This document shows positions 13,763-25,473 of a stretch of DNA of 64,000 bases, in pieces. How positions within the stretch are numbered: position 1 is the first letter of the stretch; the number at the start of each line of letters is the position of its first letter. The notes beneath the pieces are model-generated. The model searched no databases. It saw nothing but the letters and a program-made list of their open reading frames with translations, and was not told where the DNA came from. The position numbers and the translations under genes are program-made. Source of the DNA: Euprymna scolopes (lineage: Eukaryota); the NCBI GenBank assembly GCA_053919585.1, contig CM132785.1; one strand, written 5' to 3'.

Positions 13763-13892
13763 NNNNNNNNNNNNNNNNNNNNNNNNNNNNNNNNNNNNNN
13801 NNNNNNNNNNNNNNNNNNNNNNNNNNNNNNNNNNNNNNNNNNNNNNNNNNNNNNNNNNNNNNNNNNNNNNNNNNNNNNNNNNNNNNNNNNNN
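13763..13892. other. Assembly gap
   Basis: Run of N. Confidence 1.
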
Positions 13893-15856
13893 TATCATAT
13901 TGTTTTTTTATTCAAAAATTTATTTAATTATATTGTTGTATTCATATTTTTTCAGTTGCAATATATTTAAGCAGATTTATTCTTGTTTTCTTTGGTTTTG
14001 AATAATTAGTTGATCGTTAAAATTATTTAATTCGGCAACTTTCTAACATCGTCCAAAAATAAAATAACATTCGTATATGTTTATACGTTTTCATAATATT
14101 TATGTTTTACACGTTAGATATTGCCATTATTTGTATTGAGTTTTCGTATTAAAACATTTGGAATTACGCCAGATCTCTTTATTTTATAAGACTATGAGTG
14201 CTTAATGGAGGAAATCGATATAAAATTTATATTCAAGTTTATTTGATTTATTTTCTTCCGCAATTTAAATTAGTTGGCTGAATTCGATGCTTTTCTTTAT
14301 TTAGCTTAGAATTGTATTCCTTTTTATAGAAACGTGGATTACATTTGAATAAAATAAAATGCGTATTAGAAACGTGTGAAGCCGAAACACCGTATTATTA
14401 CAACATAAACAGATATTTATTTTGTTGGCCATTTATATTGGATTTCATAAATATATTTCGAAGGTAAACTTAATCTTCAGTATGTCTTTTTGCCATGTTC
14501 TTCTTAGAGCATAAAATAAGCGAGTAGAAGCCCGTTTGGTGTTTTCACAGTAGTCTTTTTAAGTGTCAGAACGGTACGTTAGTAAAAACTGATAACGATC
14601 TGCATAAATAAATGTTATTTAAAGTGCTGATTAAAGTAAAGTTAATGGAATAAATGGAAAAACTATATTAAAATATAAAAAAAATGTTAAGTTGTATTTA
14701 TAGTGTAATTAAGATTACTGTCTGTAAATTTTAGATTTCAGAACGTAAATTGTCCAATTTTATCAATAAACGTATTTCTCATTAACGGAACAACATAAAG
14801 TTACGTCGTCAAACAAAAAAAAGAAAGAAAGAAATAGAAAACACACTGTAATGGTCGTGTATGTGTGTGCACGTCTGTGAGTGTGTGCGTTTGTGCGTGT
14901 ACAGGGATATGTGAAGTAGTAGTACGAACAATTACATTACAGAAATACGGGGTCAGCGTCGGTTTGGCTCGTCGCTAACCAATGACTTGGAAAAAATCCG
15001 GTCATTTTCATTTAGATTCGTAAAATAATATATAACGTTTATCAGTTGGCAAATATATAACGTTTATCAATTGCAAGTTGGAAACATTTCAATGCGAAAC
15101 ATAGCTAAAAACACTGCCAGACACAGCAAGTACCTTTGTGTGTAATTTTATAAAAATCAGTCAAGCCTTTATGGACTCTATAAAGAACGAACTAACACCC
15201 ACACATACAAAGTTGCATTTAGATTAAAGTATACGTATAGATTCGTGTTTACTCACATAATAACGCAACTGTTAATAATGCATACTATAAAAAACGAAAT
15301 TTTCTACAGTATAATATGGCACTAGGAACAGATGTATTACTAAAATAAGTTCAAACCTGAAACATATTGTACAAATTAGCGTTTAAATGTCCTTTTTGTG
15401 TTATAATTTTTTTTTATTTACATTTAATCTTTCTTGTTTAAAAATAAATTTCAGTTTCTTTCAATAATAGAATTTGGAAAGAATTTAAAGTGCCCACTTA
15501 ATATAGTTCCTATATTTATTTCCAAACTAAACAGTTCAGAAAATGTATTTCTATTACAAAGTGTTTATCTGATATATAAGAGAAACCGATCCGATATAAT
15601 ACACGGAAATGTCAAGGTTATTTCCCCTTTTAGAAAAGCATAGCCTGAGGCGTAAAACTGCCATAACATTCATCTTGTAATTCCAACTTTTCAATATATA
15701 AGTTGCATGAGTTTTTTGTGTTCCTCGACCGATCGTCTCAATATATGTTATCCATCTATCTATTTCTCTCTCTATCTGTCTCTTTCTTTCTCTCTTTCTC
15801 TCTCTCCCTCTCTCTCTCTATCTATCTCTCTCTCTCTATATATATATATATACATA

Positions 15857-16320
15857 CTAGCAAAAGTACCTGTCGTTGACTGGGTTCAAAAACATACTAC
15901 AGAAAATGGCCTCTGATTTATGAAAGTGTTATAGGTTATGAAAAGGAAGGGTTGTAAAAAGATAGCTTCGAATTTGGGGGTATCAAAACATAAGCAAAAC
16001 ATGATGAAAGTAAAAATAAAAGAGATAACCCCAATTATTTATTATACCATACCTGTTTAAACTAAAACACTTATCACCATATTCTTTGGATCTATATTAA
16101 AAAAACCTTGTTAAACTTTGTGACATATTTCCATTCTATGGAGGTCAAGCGCGAACGAACAGCCCATGATTTTATTACACCTTGTTTCTCCAAACTGAAA
16201 CATAATTATCAAAGTATATTTACGCAGATATATATGATAAATATTTATTATAGTTTGCACCTATTTCCATTCTATGGAGGTAAGGCACAAACGGAGGCCC
16301 AACAATTTTAATATATCATC
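15857..16320 (-). mobile_element. Non-autonomous Helitron-like element (3' end clear, 5' end uncertain)
   Basis: On the minus strand a degenerate hairpin (cccagtcaacgacaggt) precedes CTAG|T at 15857-15860, abutting a (TA)n tract. The motif atttccattctatggagg occurs twice (~16127, ~16263). Confidence 0.55.
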
Positions 16321-16600
16321 TCTATTTAAGTTAAGACATATTATCAAAGTATTCTTATGTACATCTATATCAAAAATACTTGTAAACGTTTATTTTTATT
16401 ATTATTTTTTTTTATTTCCATACTTTGTGGACAAGGCGGGAACGCAGACCCCCCTCCAATTTTAATGAACCACTGTTCTGCCAGATCAAACATACCCATT
16501 CCTGTGTCTCGATACATCTATCATTATATGTGATCAGTCTTCTATAATAGTCAACCATATAGAGCCTATTCTGCTCAGACACGCACACGCAGACGTTCAG

Positions 16601-16603
<3 letters not shown>

Positions 16604-16672
<69 letters not shown>
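16604..16672. repeat. (TA)n microsatellite, representative of many such tracts (e.g. ~18573, ~19000, ~28993, ~40773, ~48237, ~49410, ~49810, ~51238, ~51587, ~58239, ~61359)
   Basis: Read directly. These tracts produce the spurious YIYIYI ORFs in the track. Confidence 0.98.
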
Positions 16673-16673
<1 letters not shown>

Positions 16674-18570
16674 ATGTACAGTAATTTAGCGTGATCTCTT
16701 GGCAAACTAATCGACACCGAAATTGAAAAGCGTTCTAGTTTGTAAGAGATGTATTTGTATAAAATCATATGCACCGACGACATCATTTTTTTTATGAATA
16801 CTATTAAGAGAAATCGTGGAAAGGGGCATTGAATATAGTGAATAAACATGCCATTTAGTTCAACGTTTGTATGTACATTAATATTTGTATTTTACCTACA
16901 TAGATGTTTTCTCATCCATCATCGTCCACGGACATACAAACAGCACACAGCTGAATATACTGGATTTTTAAGGCAGCCTGTTCTCGCCATAGGTGAAAAA
17001 GACGTATTTTCTTTACTATTGAATATAGAAATTTGAAAATATAAAGCAACAGCGGGTGTACTCAGAAGTTTTAAAGCAACGATTCCATGAGCCATAGTTG
17101 TTTCATGAAACATGTTGGCATAAATATAATGCCGGAAAGTGCATAAGCATTCAGCATATACTGTAGCTAGTACAATTATTAAAAAAATTGCTGGGAATAT
17201 TTTATTAAATATCAGATTTTGTCTAGTTAGGAAAACCTTACCACTTCCACACGAATAAAGCTAAAGCTATCGCATCTAATATACATATACGAAGAACGTT
17301 CCAAAGGGAATATCTCATTTTTATTTCGCTTGTATGGATCCGAGGGATTACTAATACTGACTGAAGTTATACATTTTTGACATGAAAATTACATCTCACT
17401 GTAACAGATATTGACGGTCGCAGAGTTTAAGAAGGGACACCTTTTCTCGGATTGCGTCAAATACGAAGATGCGTCAGAAAATTCATCGCTGCATAATAAA
17501 ACGAACTGATAAGCATCCATCGATACCTTTTGAATCTTTTCTAAGCTCTACACAGTTCGGAAAATGGTTCGTCGATTTCATAGTGACAGAGATGTGAGAG
17601 CCAAGCAATTTAAGCGCAAAAGCGACTGGCAATAGTACATTGAGAATGGTGATTGTATGTAGGAAAAACACGTCCTTGAGTACAACATTTAGCTCCTTTA
17701 TGGTAATATTGACTGTCTTATTTTACTTAACGGATCCCCTTTCTGGAAAAAAAAGAAAAAAAGAACAGTCCCAAAATTTGTATATATTTGAACAAAAATA
17801 GGCAGAAATTTAATGATAGTTAACATATAGAATATTGTCCGTTTAATTAATTAGTTATTTTATTTTATTTTTTATATATTTTATAACATTATATGTATGT
17901 GTATATCAATTAACGACCGACATTAGAATCTCCAGTAAGCGTTAAAAAAGACGTGTGTGTGTGTGTGTGTGTGTGCGTCTATACAATCCAGACAAACAAC
18001 GTGCCTTTGACCCTGCCTCGAACCTAGAACCATAATAAATATATTAGTCCAAGCTTTTAGTGAGGAGATTCCACTTAGCGTATCACTTACATCTGCTTAT
18101 CAATCTCCAGGTGTATATGTACGTACGTCTATAAACGAGTGTGTGCGTACCCTGTGTATTCATGGGTACGTGCAGAAGCATATGTGGTAGTGCGCGGGTG
18201 TATATGCATGCATATTCACATATGCGACGATGTTCGTCCAATGCAAATTTTAAGGAAAGCCTTAGTTTTAAATACAGGCCACACTAGTTGCTGACTATTC
18301 CAATACAAAATGTTGGAAGGGTTATATTCAAATAGATCTTAACGTTATCAGCTATACCCGTGCCTCTCCCGCTGGTAACTCTGTCCGCCTTACATTTATG
18401 TTTCCATCATTAACACTGCGGAAGATCGAAGGATCGGTAAAAGATATGTGCTATTGAAAGAAGCATACTTGTTTTTTCAAAATACTTTTTTATTCCTACA
18501 CGTCAACACATATGAATGAAAAGATATAAACATTCATAAATTTGTGGTAATATTTTTTATTCGTACACCC

Positions 18571-18618
<48 letters not shown>

Positions 18619-18993
18619 TTTCTTTCTTTTTTCTTCTTGAGCTACTTTTATGTTTATAAAAAAAACAGACATTGTTTTCCATTTGGCTTCGTCTTGTTAT
18701 TTCCATGTGTCCCGCAACCATACACATTTCAGAGGTGTTTTGAATATAGTTACATTAAATCCTTTTGACATTCCTTTTTCTGTATTGATATTGTTATTAC
18801 ATCTTAGTTTGTCGCCGTCCACCGCAGATATCGTGGCGTAACACAAGGTACATGCATTGCATGCAAGTCACTCAGATATCCAATCGCAAAGTTTGATATG
18901 TTCAATAGATGAGCCCAAATTAGGATGATACACTAGTATAGGACTTTCGCTCAGCGGCTACCGTGCCTTGCGTGAACTACGAATGCATTTAAT

Positions 18994-19050
<57 letters not shown>

Positions 19051-19659
19051 TGTAGATACTAATGTTGTATTTTTATGATTAATTTTAATATATTGTATAA
19101 GACGTAAAATATATTTGAGGTTCTTTCTTTAATAAATTATTTACATTTTAAACACATATATTTAATTAATATAAAAATTTAAAGGTGTGTTATATTCTTA
19201 CCTTCAATCACTTATTAATTTCAATTGCAATATTTAATTATGTAATTGTATTTTGATTTATATTTCTATATGAGGTAATATTATTTTAGTGCAATTTATT
19301 TCGCACGAAACATCAATGGTTATTTGGCTTCTCATTAGTATCCGTATGATTCCTTGGTTTAGTTGCTTTAGTTTCCGAATAAAACGTTAAAATTTTCATT
19401 ATAAACAGGAGTGCTTCGTTAATTCAAAAATATTTCGAATAAAATCTTGGGATCAAAATTGTTGTAAAAACCCAGAGTCGCGACTGCAACGCAGATCGTA
19501 ACAGTTTAAACAGTTATCAGTAACGGATGTGTTTGCTGCTTTTAAATTGATCTCCTAACTAATCCGTTTACACAAAGCGAACTCCTTAAATCACACAGGG
19601 CGGGGGTATCATATCTACATACTTGGAAAAGCTTACAATAAACCATAAACAAATCACTA

Positions 19660-19692
19660 TTTTTATTTTTTTTATATTATCCGATATTTATT
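19660..19692 (-). terminator. Polyadenylation signal and downstream genomic A-rich tract of the tektin gene
   Basis: AATAAA on the minus strand at 19687-19692, ~40 nt after the stop codon, followed by an A-rich run at 19660-19675. Confidence 0.55.
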
Positions 19693-19733
19693 AAGAAAAA
19701 AATCTGATTTTCGAAATAAAAACGCCCCTGCAG

Positions 19734-21260
19734 TTACTTATCCGGTCTTTGCCTATTTAACATGAGGTCTGATGGTGACTGAAGACTTACCCCGCATATC
19801 GGCGACATTGGGAATGTTTTTCTGTAGGCTAGACATTTCTCCCGATCTATGAAAAGCGTGTTGTTCTTGATAGCGAGATTATTTTCTAGAGATGCTTTGA
19901 GAAGCAATAGCTCATGCAAGGTGTTCTTCGCACCGATTAGTTTCTTCTGCAGCGACTCCAAAGTATCGTTTATTTCGCCAACCTCCCCGACGAGTTTGTT
20001 TTGGGCGGCGTCTTGACAGGCCTCCATATTCATTCGTCGCAGTCGGAAGTCGAGTCGTGTCTGCGCAACTTTCAGCGGTTTTTGTTTGTCCTGGATAGTT
20101 TTCTTCATTAGCTCGATGTTCTTGTTCATGTCGAATATCTCCTGCAATATTTTAGACAAATGTGCCTGCGTTTTGTTTTTTGCATCTAGGGTCTCGTTAA
20201 TTCGATCTCGGAATGCCTGGTTTGTCAAGTTCCACTGGTAACACATTGCATTGCTGCACTCGTTCAGCACGGAGTTTACCTCGTTCCGTAATTGTTTAGA
20301 AGCTGCTCTTTGTGTTTGAGATCGCTTGATGTTATTATTTGTGAACTTAAACCATGTTTCCGGGTCTGACTTTGTGTTGTTGATAAGCTCAACTCCATTA
20401 TGATAAGCCAAACTACAGGAATTATTATAGAGCTGGTGTGCACTATCGTCTATATTTTGAGCTACGAATTTGTTTCCTCCGTCATTCTCTAGTTCGTATT
20501 GTGCGGATAAGTTCTGATTAAGCTGCGGATTCAACTTTTCAAGTATGTTACGCATTTTCTCTTGACATTTACGTGTTGAGCTGATCTCATCAATTAGAGC
20601 CATCTCAGCAGAATCATGGACCAAGTCTATGCCATGTCGCTTTCCTCGGTTATAAAGACACTCTTCAGTGATACATAGTAGGTCTTCCGACTCTGGAAGC
20701 GCCTTAAGTATCATTCTCTTAGCCTCTTTCGATGCAGCGATTTCAGCTAGCATTTCATCTGTTTCTCGGTTTAGTTCCTTTTTCAAAAAAATTATCTCGT
20801 TCACTCGTTCGTTCAATTTTCTCCCAACGCCGGTTTGAGCCCGCATGGTTTGGTCGTCCTTGCAGAAGCACAAGTTCTGAATCCGAAGACGTTCAGCCAT
20901 GTTTCGTAAGTAATCAGATGTGCTGTATGAGGCAGAGTTTGCCTTTTCCCAGTCGTTTGGCGTGTAGCGATGGTCAGATGTGTTCCGATTAGGTTGATGA
21001 ATAGGGGGAAGTTTCCTTTCTTCCGTAGTGCGGACATGCGTAGAACAACCGGTCGGTTCAACAGTATTTGTGCCACACGCTCGATTCGAGTAAAACTTCG
21101 ATGATTTATAATATTGGTTGGTATTCCCTAGCAAATCCGTGTTCGAATTCGCGGTAATATCTTTCATCGCTTCATTCTGGCTTGTCTTTGGTAAATGTGC
21201 TGAAGATCTCAACACATTGCTTGAATGTGTCGCCGATTGATTTCTATCCAAACTATACAT
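19734..21260 (-). CDS. TEKT3: Tektin-3/5-like axonemal filament protein, 508 aa, single coding exon
   Basis: Uninterrupted ORF with tektin motifs RYTPNDW, L.ERVNEI, ECLYNR.KR.GIDLVHD, PETW.KFT..NI.RSQ..RAAS..LR, KVAQTRLD.R.RR, L.IK.N.LFID.EKC...R..FP. It is collinear with tektin-3/5 as I recall them. Exact orthology (3 vs 5 vs a lineage-specific paralog) is not resolved. Confidence 0.95.
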   Translation of the reverse strand: MYSLDRNQSATHSSNVLRSSAHLPKTSQNEAMKDITANSNTDLLGNTNQYYKSSKFYSNRACGTNTVEPTGCSTHVRTTEERKLPPIHQPNRNTSDHRYTPNDWEKANSASYSTSDYLRNMAERLRIQNLCFCKDDQTMRAQTGVGRKLNERVNEIIFLKKELNRETDEMLAEIAASKEAKRMILKALPESEDLLCITEECLYNRGKRHGIDLVHDSAEMALIDEISSTRKCQEKMRNILEKLNPQLNQNLSAQYELENDGGNKFVAQNIDDSAHQLYNNSCSLAYHNGVELINNTKSDPETWFKFTNNNIKRSQTQRAASKQLRNEVNSVLNECSNAMCYQWNLTNQAFRDRINETLDAKNKTQAHLSKILQEIFDMNKNIELMKKTIQDKQKPLKVAQTRLDFRLRRMNMEACQDAAQNKLVGEVGEINDTLESLQKKLIGAKNTLHELLLLKASLENNLAIKNNTLFIDREKCLAYRKTFPMSPICGVSLQSPSDLMLNRQRPDK

Positions 21261-21483
21261 GTTTCTTAGGTTACGTTACTTGTAATTATTGATTACATGT
21301 TCACGATCGTTAATGCATTACTAAGCATTCTTATACCTACCACACAAAAATTATTTTTAGGAATCGGGTTCTAGATTTGCAATTCTAATATAGATTTTTC
21401 GTCCTTGACTTGTTCAAAATAAAATGTATCTATTTGTTTTTACTACAAAGCACGATTCAGAACGCGCTATCTATATTACGCCG

Positions 21484-21556
21484 CGTCATAAACTTGCTGA
21501 CGTCATACAAGTAATGCTTCTATTTAGTTATTCATAGGTTTGCCAAGGATACGTCA
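21484..21556 (-). promoter_or_regulatory. Candidate tektin promoter: palindromic CRE plus RFX X-box-like site
   Basis: TGACGTCA at 21498-21505, CGTCA half-sites at 21484 and 21552, and GTATCCTTGGCAAA (minus, 21539-21552), which is 12/14 identical to the X-box GTATCCATGGCAAC. The cluster is 225-295 bp upstream of the ATG. Confidence 0.45.
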
Positions 21557-23281
21557 TATCAAGTTCATTTCCGCTGTTTTTTTTTTTCAGGGTGTAATAA
21601 AATATTTAATAGACCTTTAAAATACGCCGGAAAATTATTTTTGTTACTAAAAAAGTCAAAGAGCTACGGCGGCGGGAAGGTCATTATAAAATAGGGGCCC
21701 ATTGCGCCCTCTATAATGAATCTTTCTACACAGTCAGCACTATTTCAATGTATTTTTTGCCTAAAATTCAATAAGGTTTCTTGGCTTCTGATGCACGTAC
21801 GTGACTGGGGATGCTTAATAGATTTCACACCGTCAATGTCTGCAACAGGGTATGAAAAATTAATAAGGTATATGTCTTGTTCAGTCAAATTAGTAATTAA
21901 ATTTATAATACATTCTGCTTTATTCAGTCGGCATAAAGAAAACAGAAGTAGTTGCCTTTGGCATGCCCCTTAAGTTATGCGTTTGCGTTTCGGTGTATTT
22001 GTATGCAAGAAGAACCATATAGTTGATTCCACAACTAGTAATATATACATATTACCGCGGTCTAACTATTGCGTAAATGTAAAGGCATTCTATATCTGTA
22101 TACGTATTTTGTAGATATGGAAAATAATAAAATAATAACAAAAAATATTTAGCATACTAAACCCAATTAATAACTTGTGCTGATTTTCCACTTTCTTTAA
22201 ATATAGTGTAGATGTAGCTTTTTATTGGCAGCATTTGGTGCTTTTTGTACATTCTATTATCTTAAGCAGTTTATATCATAATCTCTGAACGAGTTAGTTA
22301 GACTACTGAAATGTTATATCCATGAAATAAATTATATATTCTAGATTTCGGTCGTATATCAACTCTCTTATCCAATAAAATAAAAATACGTATTCGTATT
22401 TATGAAATTCTAAGAAGTTTTAATATATATTTTTATTCATAATTTAAAAATAAATTAACGAAAAGGTGTAACAGCATACATTTAAATGTGTTTAAATACG
22501 CGAGGAATTCTTGTTCACGAGTTTTGGTTGATTACAATAATATGCAGATATCAAACATATACTTAGATCGCCTACTAAAACCAGTTGCCGAAATAAAATG
22601 TGGTGAGCTATTTTATTTTACATACTGTATAGATTAGTCGACTGGAATGAATTCTACGTTTTAAAAAAGATAAAATTCATTGCAGCCATATGTAATTTTA
22701 CTCTTTTCTTCTTTTATGTTATGGTATTATTTCCTTTGTTGTAACATATTGCCGAAAGTTCCATTTTATCCTCAACATACTTTACAGGAAGTTTCTACAA
22801 GATTCATTAGTTTATTTGCCGTATTGTCGGAGGATGGTTAATGGTGCCATATCCTGACATAATTTTGTGAATCCAATGATTGCTTCTTTTCTGATAGTTA
22901 AAAAATGCGTTTTTATACATTTTTTGTGTTTATAGATTTTTTCTCATTTTTACTTTTTCCTCGAGCATTTCATGTAAAAGAACACAGCGAATTTGTTGGG
23001 CAATCTATAAATGCGATCTTCTTTTCACACGAGAAGAAAATCACATTTGAATTTAACATTACATGATTGAGATGTGAGTAGGCCTCACAGCACATAGATA
23101 CTGAAATTTATGCTTGTCTGAATTCTAGTTTTTTTATATGTAAAAGAAAACATGGATTATCACAGCAAACATCATTTCACAGGATAGATTTTTTCCCTTG
23201 AAGGTTTAGAACGGAGGCCCTAAATTCATTTATGCAACAGATTTTCAATCGATTGCAGTGAGGTTTTATTGAAGTTTTTTT

Positions 23282-24719
23282 TTGTGCACAGAACTTGCTC
23301 CAATACTTACGAAACTGTTTAAACGCTGCCTTAAGGAGAAGTGCTTTCCGGCTCCCTGGAAGACCTCATCAGTTTGCCCTGTATTTAAGAATTCGGGTGA
23401 TAAGTCATCTCCCTCTCAGTACAGACCAATAAGTCTCCTGTGTGTCATGAGTAATATGCTGGAATCCATATTAAATAGAGAAATTGTCAACCACCTAAGC
23501 AAGGATAACCTTCTTAGTGACACACAATATGGTTTCCGCTCTGCAAGATCTACCGCAGATGTGCTGACTGTTATATCACACAGGATTAGTGAATCTCTTG
23601 ACAAAGGCTTCCTTTCTAGAGCAATTGCTCTTGACATATCAAAGGCCTTCGACAAGGCATGGCATAAGGGTCTACTGCACAAGATGTCCAGCTCCGGTAT
23701 AACTGGAAATGGTTTCTCAATCATTAAATCATTTCTCTCCCGTAGGCTCATAAGAGTAGTGGTAGATGGACAAAAATCGGAGGCCTGCAATATAAATGCT
23801 GGAGTTGGCAACAACAAAGCTGTAAATGACAAAGTTCTTTCTTATTCTCTCTCCTCTGATTTCGGGCGCGTGGTTCAGTGGGGGAAGATGTGGCTGGTTA
23901 CCTTTAATGCATCCAAAAACAAACTCCTATCCTTACATCATCAACGCTCTGATCCCCAGCTGGCATCAATTGTGATGGATGGCTCTAGTGTGGGTAAGGC
24001 CCCGTGTTTTGACAAGCTTCTGGGTTTGACCTTTACTCCTAATCTGAAATGGAACACGTACATCAAGTCTGTTGCCAAGGTCGCTGGAAAGATGGTGGGA
24101 TCCTTCTACCGCTCCAGATGATATCTCACTACTGATGCAATTCTCTATCTATATACAAGCCAAGTACGTCCAAGGATGGAATACTGTTGACATATCTGGG
24201 CAGGAGCTGCAAAAAACAGCCTATCCTGCCTTGACACAGTACATAATAGACTTCGTGGCTTAGTGGGGGATGCCCTTTTCTCTACCCTGCAACCTCTCTC
24301 CCACAGAAGAGACGTTGCGAGCCTATCTTTGTTTTATCGTTATTTCCATGGCAAGTGCTCGTCTAAACTCCAATCTCTGGTCCCCCTCGCCAATCTTTCA
24401 CGAAAAACACCCGTCTAGCCGAATCCACTGTGAAAAATTTCCCCCACTCTTTATCTGTGCCTAGATCAAAACGTGGATTTCATGAACAAACCTTCTTTTT
24501 TAGAACTGCACCCCTGTGGAACTCTGTTCCGTCTGCCTGCTTCCCACCGGACTACAACTTGCATGTGTTCAAATCCAATATTAACAAATTCCTAATGAAC
24601 CGCCCCCTTAAGTAAACACTTAATCAAATCTCCACAATAACGTAATGTACTTGCAATAACCCTTATTCCTGAGTGGCTTCCGGGTCGTGATAAGTGGTGA
24701 TCACTGTGTAAAAAAAAAA
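23282..24719 (+). mobile_element. 5'-truncated CR1/Jockey-type LINE (RT region, 3' UTR, poly-A), internally deleted
   Basis: WKTSSVCPVFK, YRPISLL, QYGFRSARST, ALDISKAFDKAWH, VTFNASK, LQPLSHRR. The PQGS-to-YADD segment is missing after NAGV. A-tail at 24710-24719. Confidence 0.95.
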
Positions 24720-25355
24720 CCTTCTTCCCAATTAGTGAATGGGAGGAGTCAAATACAACAGGGAGTTGCCATGAGAGAATCGTGATTTAATACAGAATTA
24801 TATCGATCATTTTTTTATATTTTACGGAGATGAAAATATTTATAGGATTGCAATAGTTATTTTCAAGAGTGGATATTTATACAAAATTTTGCTGACATGT
24901 CTTATAGCATTCTTTTAGAAATGACTCACCTTTATTATAATAATCTAAGAAATTAATTCTCACATCGCAATTTCCTCTCGGCAAAAGCAAAAGAATCCAC
25001 AAATCCAAAAGTCATAGTTTTAAAATAAAAATGTATTCATAAGTAATATCAATGAAAGTTTATTTGATTCTGTTATTCTCCTTTTGCAAAACAGTGCCCC
25101 GATTTGCCTCTATACACCTGGAGCCTTTAGTTTAATTTCCTTTTGTCGGAATGTTAGTTTGTTGTTCCTCAAAAGGATCCATGGATGTTCATCGTGAAAT
25201 CGGCGGGAATGTTGGAACCCATAATTAGGCATAATTTGAGCCCCTTATGACTCAAGATTAATTGAGATAAGATCCAACATTTGGTAAATATACATGAAGA
25301 GTTATTGAACGTCATCCTTAATTTGGATAGATTCAGCTGGATATGCTGTCTCTTC

Positions 25356-25473
25356 TTATAGAGATGTGGTCCCTCGTTCACCAACTGTTGGGTGTTCATG
25401 AAGGAATTGTTTAGCCACCTCCAGTGGGGAGCTGCTGTATTTGAGTCTATCACCATGCCCAGTTCTGTGTAGA
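25356..25473 (-). CDS. Candidate terminal coding exon of an unidentified gene (…LHRTGHGDRLKYSSSPLEVAKQFLHEHPTVGERGTTSL*)
   Basis: Strong acceptor ttttctttttatttaag ending at 25474, raised GC content, an open frame to TAA at 25356-25358, and AATAAA (minus) at 25059-25064. A second frame (ORF 25169-25456) is also open, so the frame is uncertain. Confidence 0.4.

Noticed and set aside
16412-16849. ORFs rich in YIYI/VCVC (also 32848, 33678, 40665, 48118, 49705, 51363)
   Set aside because: They are translations of (TA)n and (TG)n microsatellites.
18905-18940. Hammerhead ribozyme (gatgagccc…aggatgatac)
   Set aside because: Both CUGAUGA and GAAA core motifs are mismatched; at most a dead remnant.
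20732-21076. Overlapping 86-87 aa ORFs within tektin
   Set aside because: Short shadow frames of the real CDS with no recognisable features.
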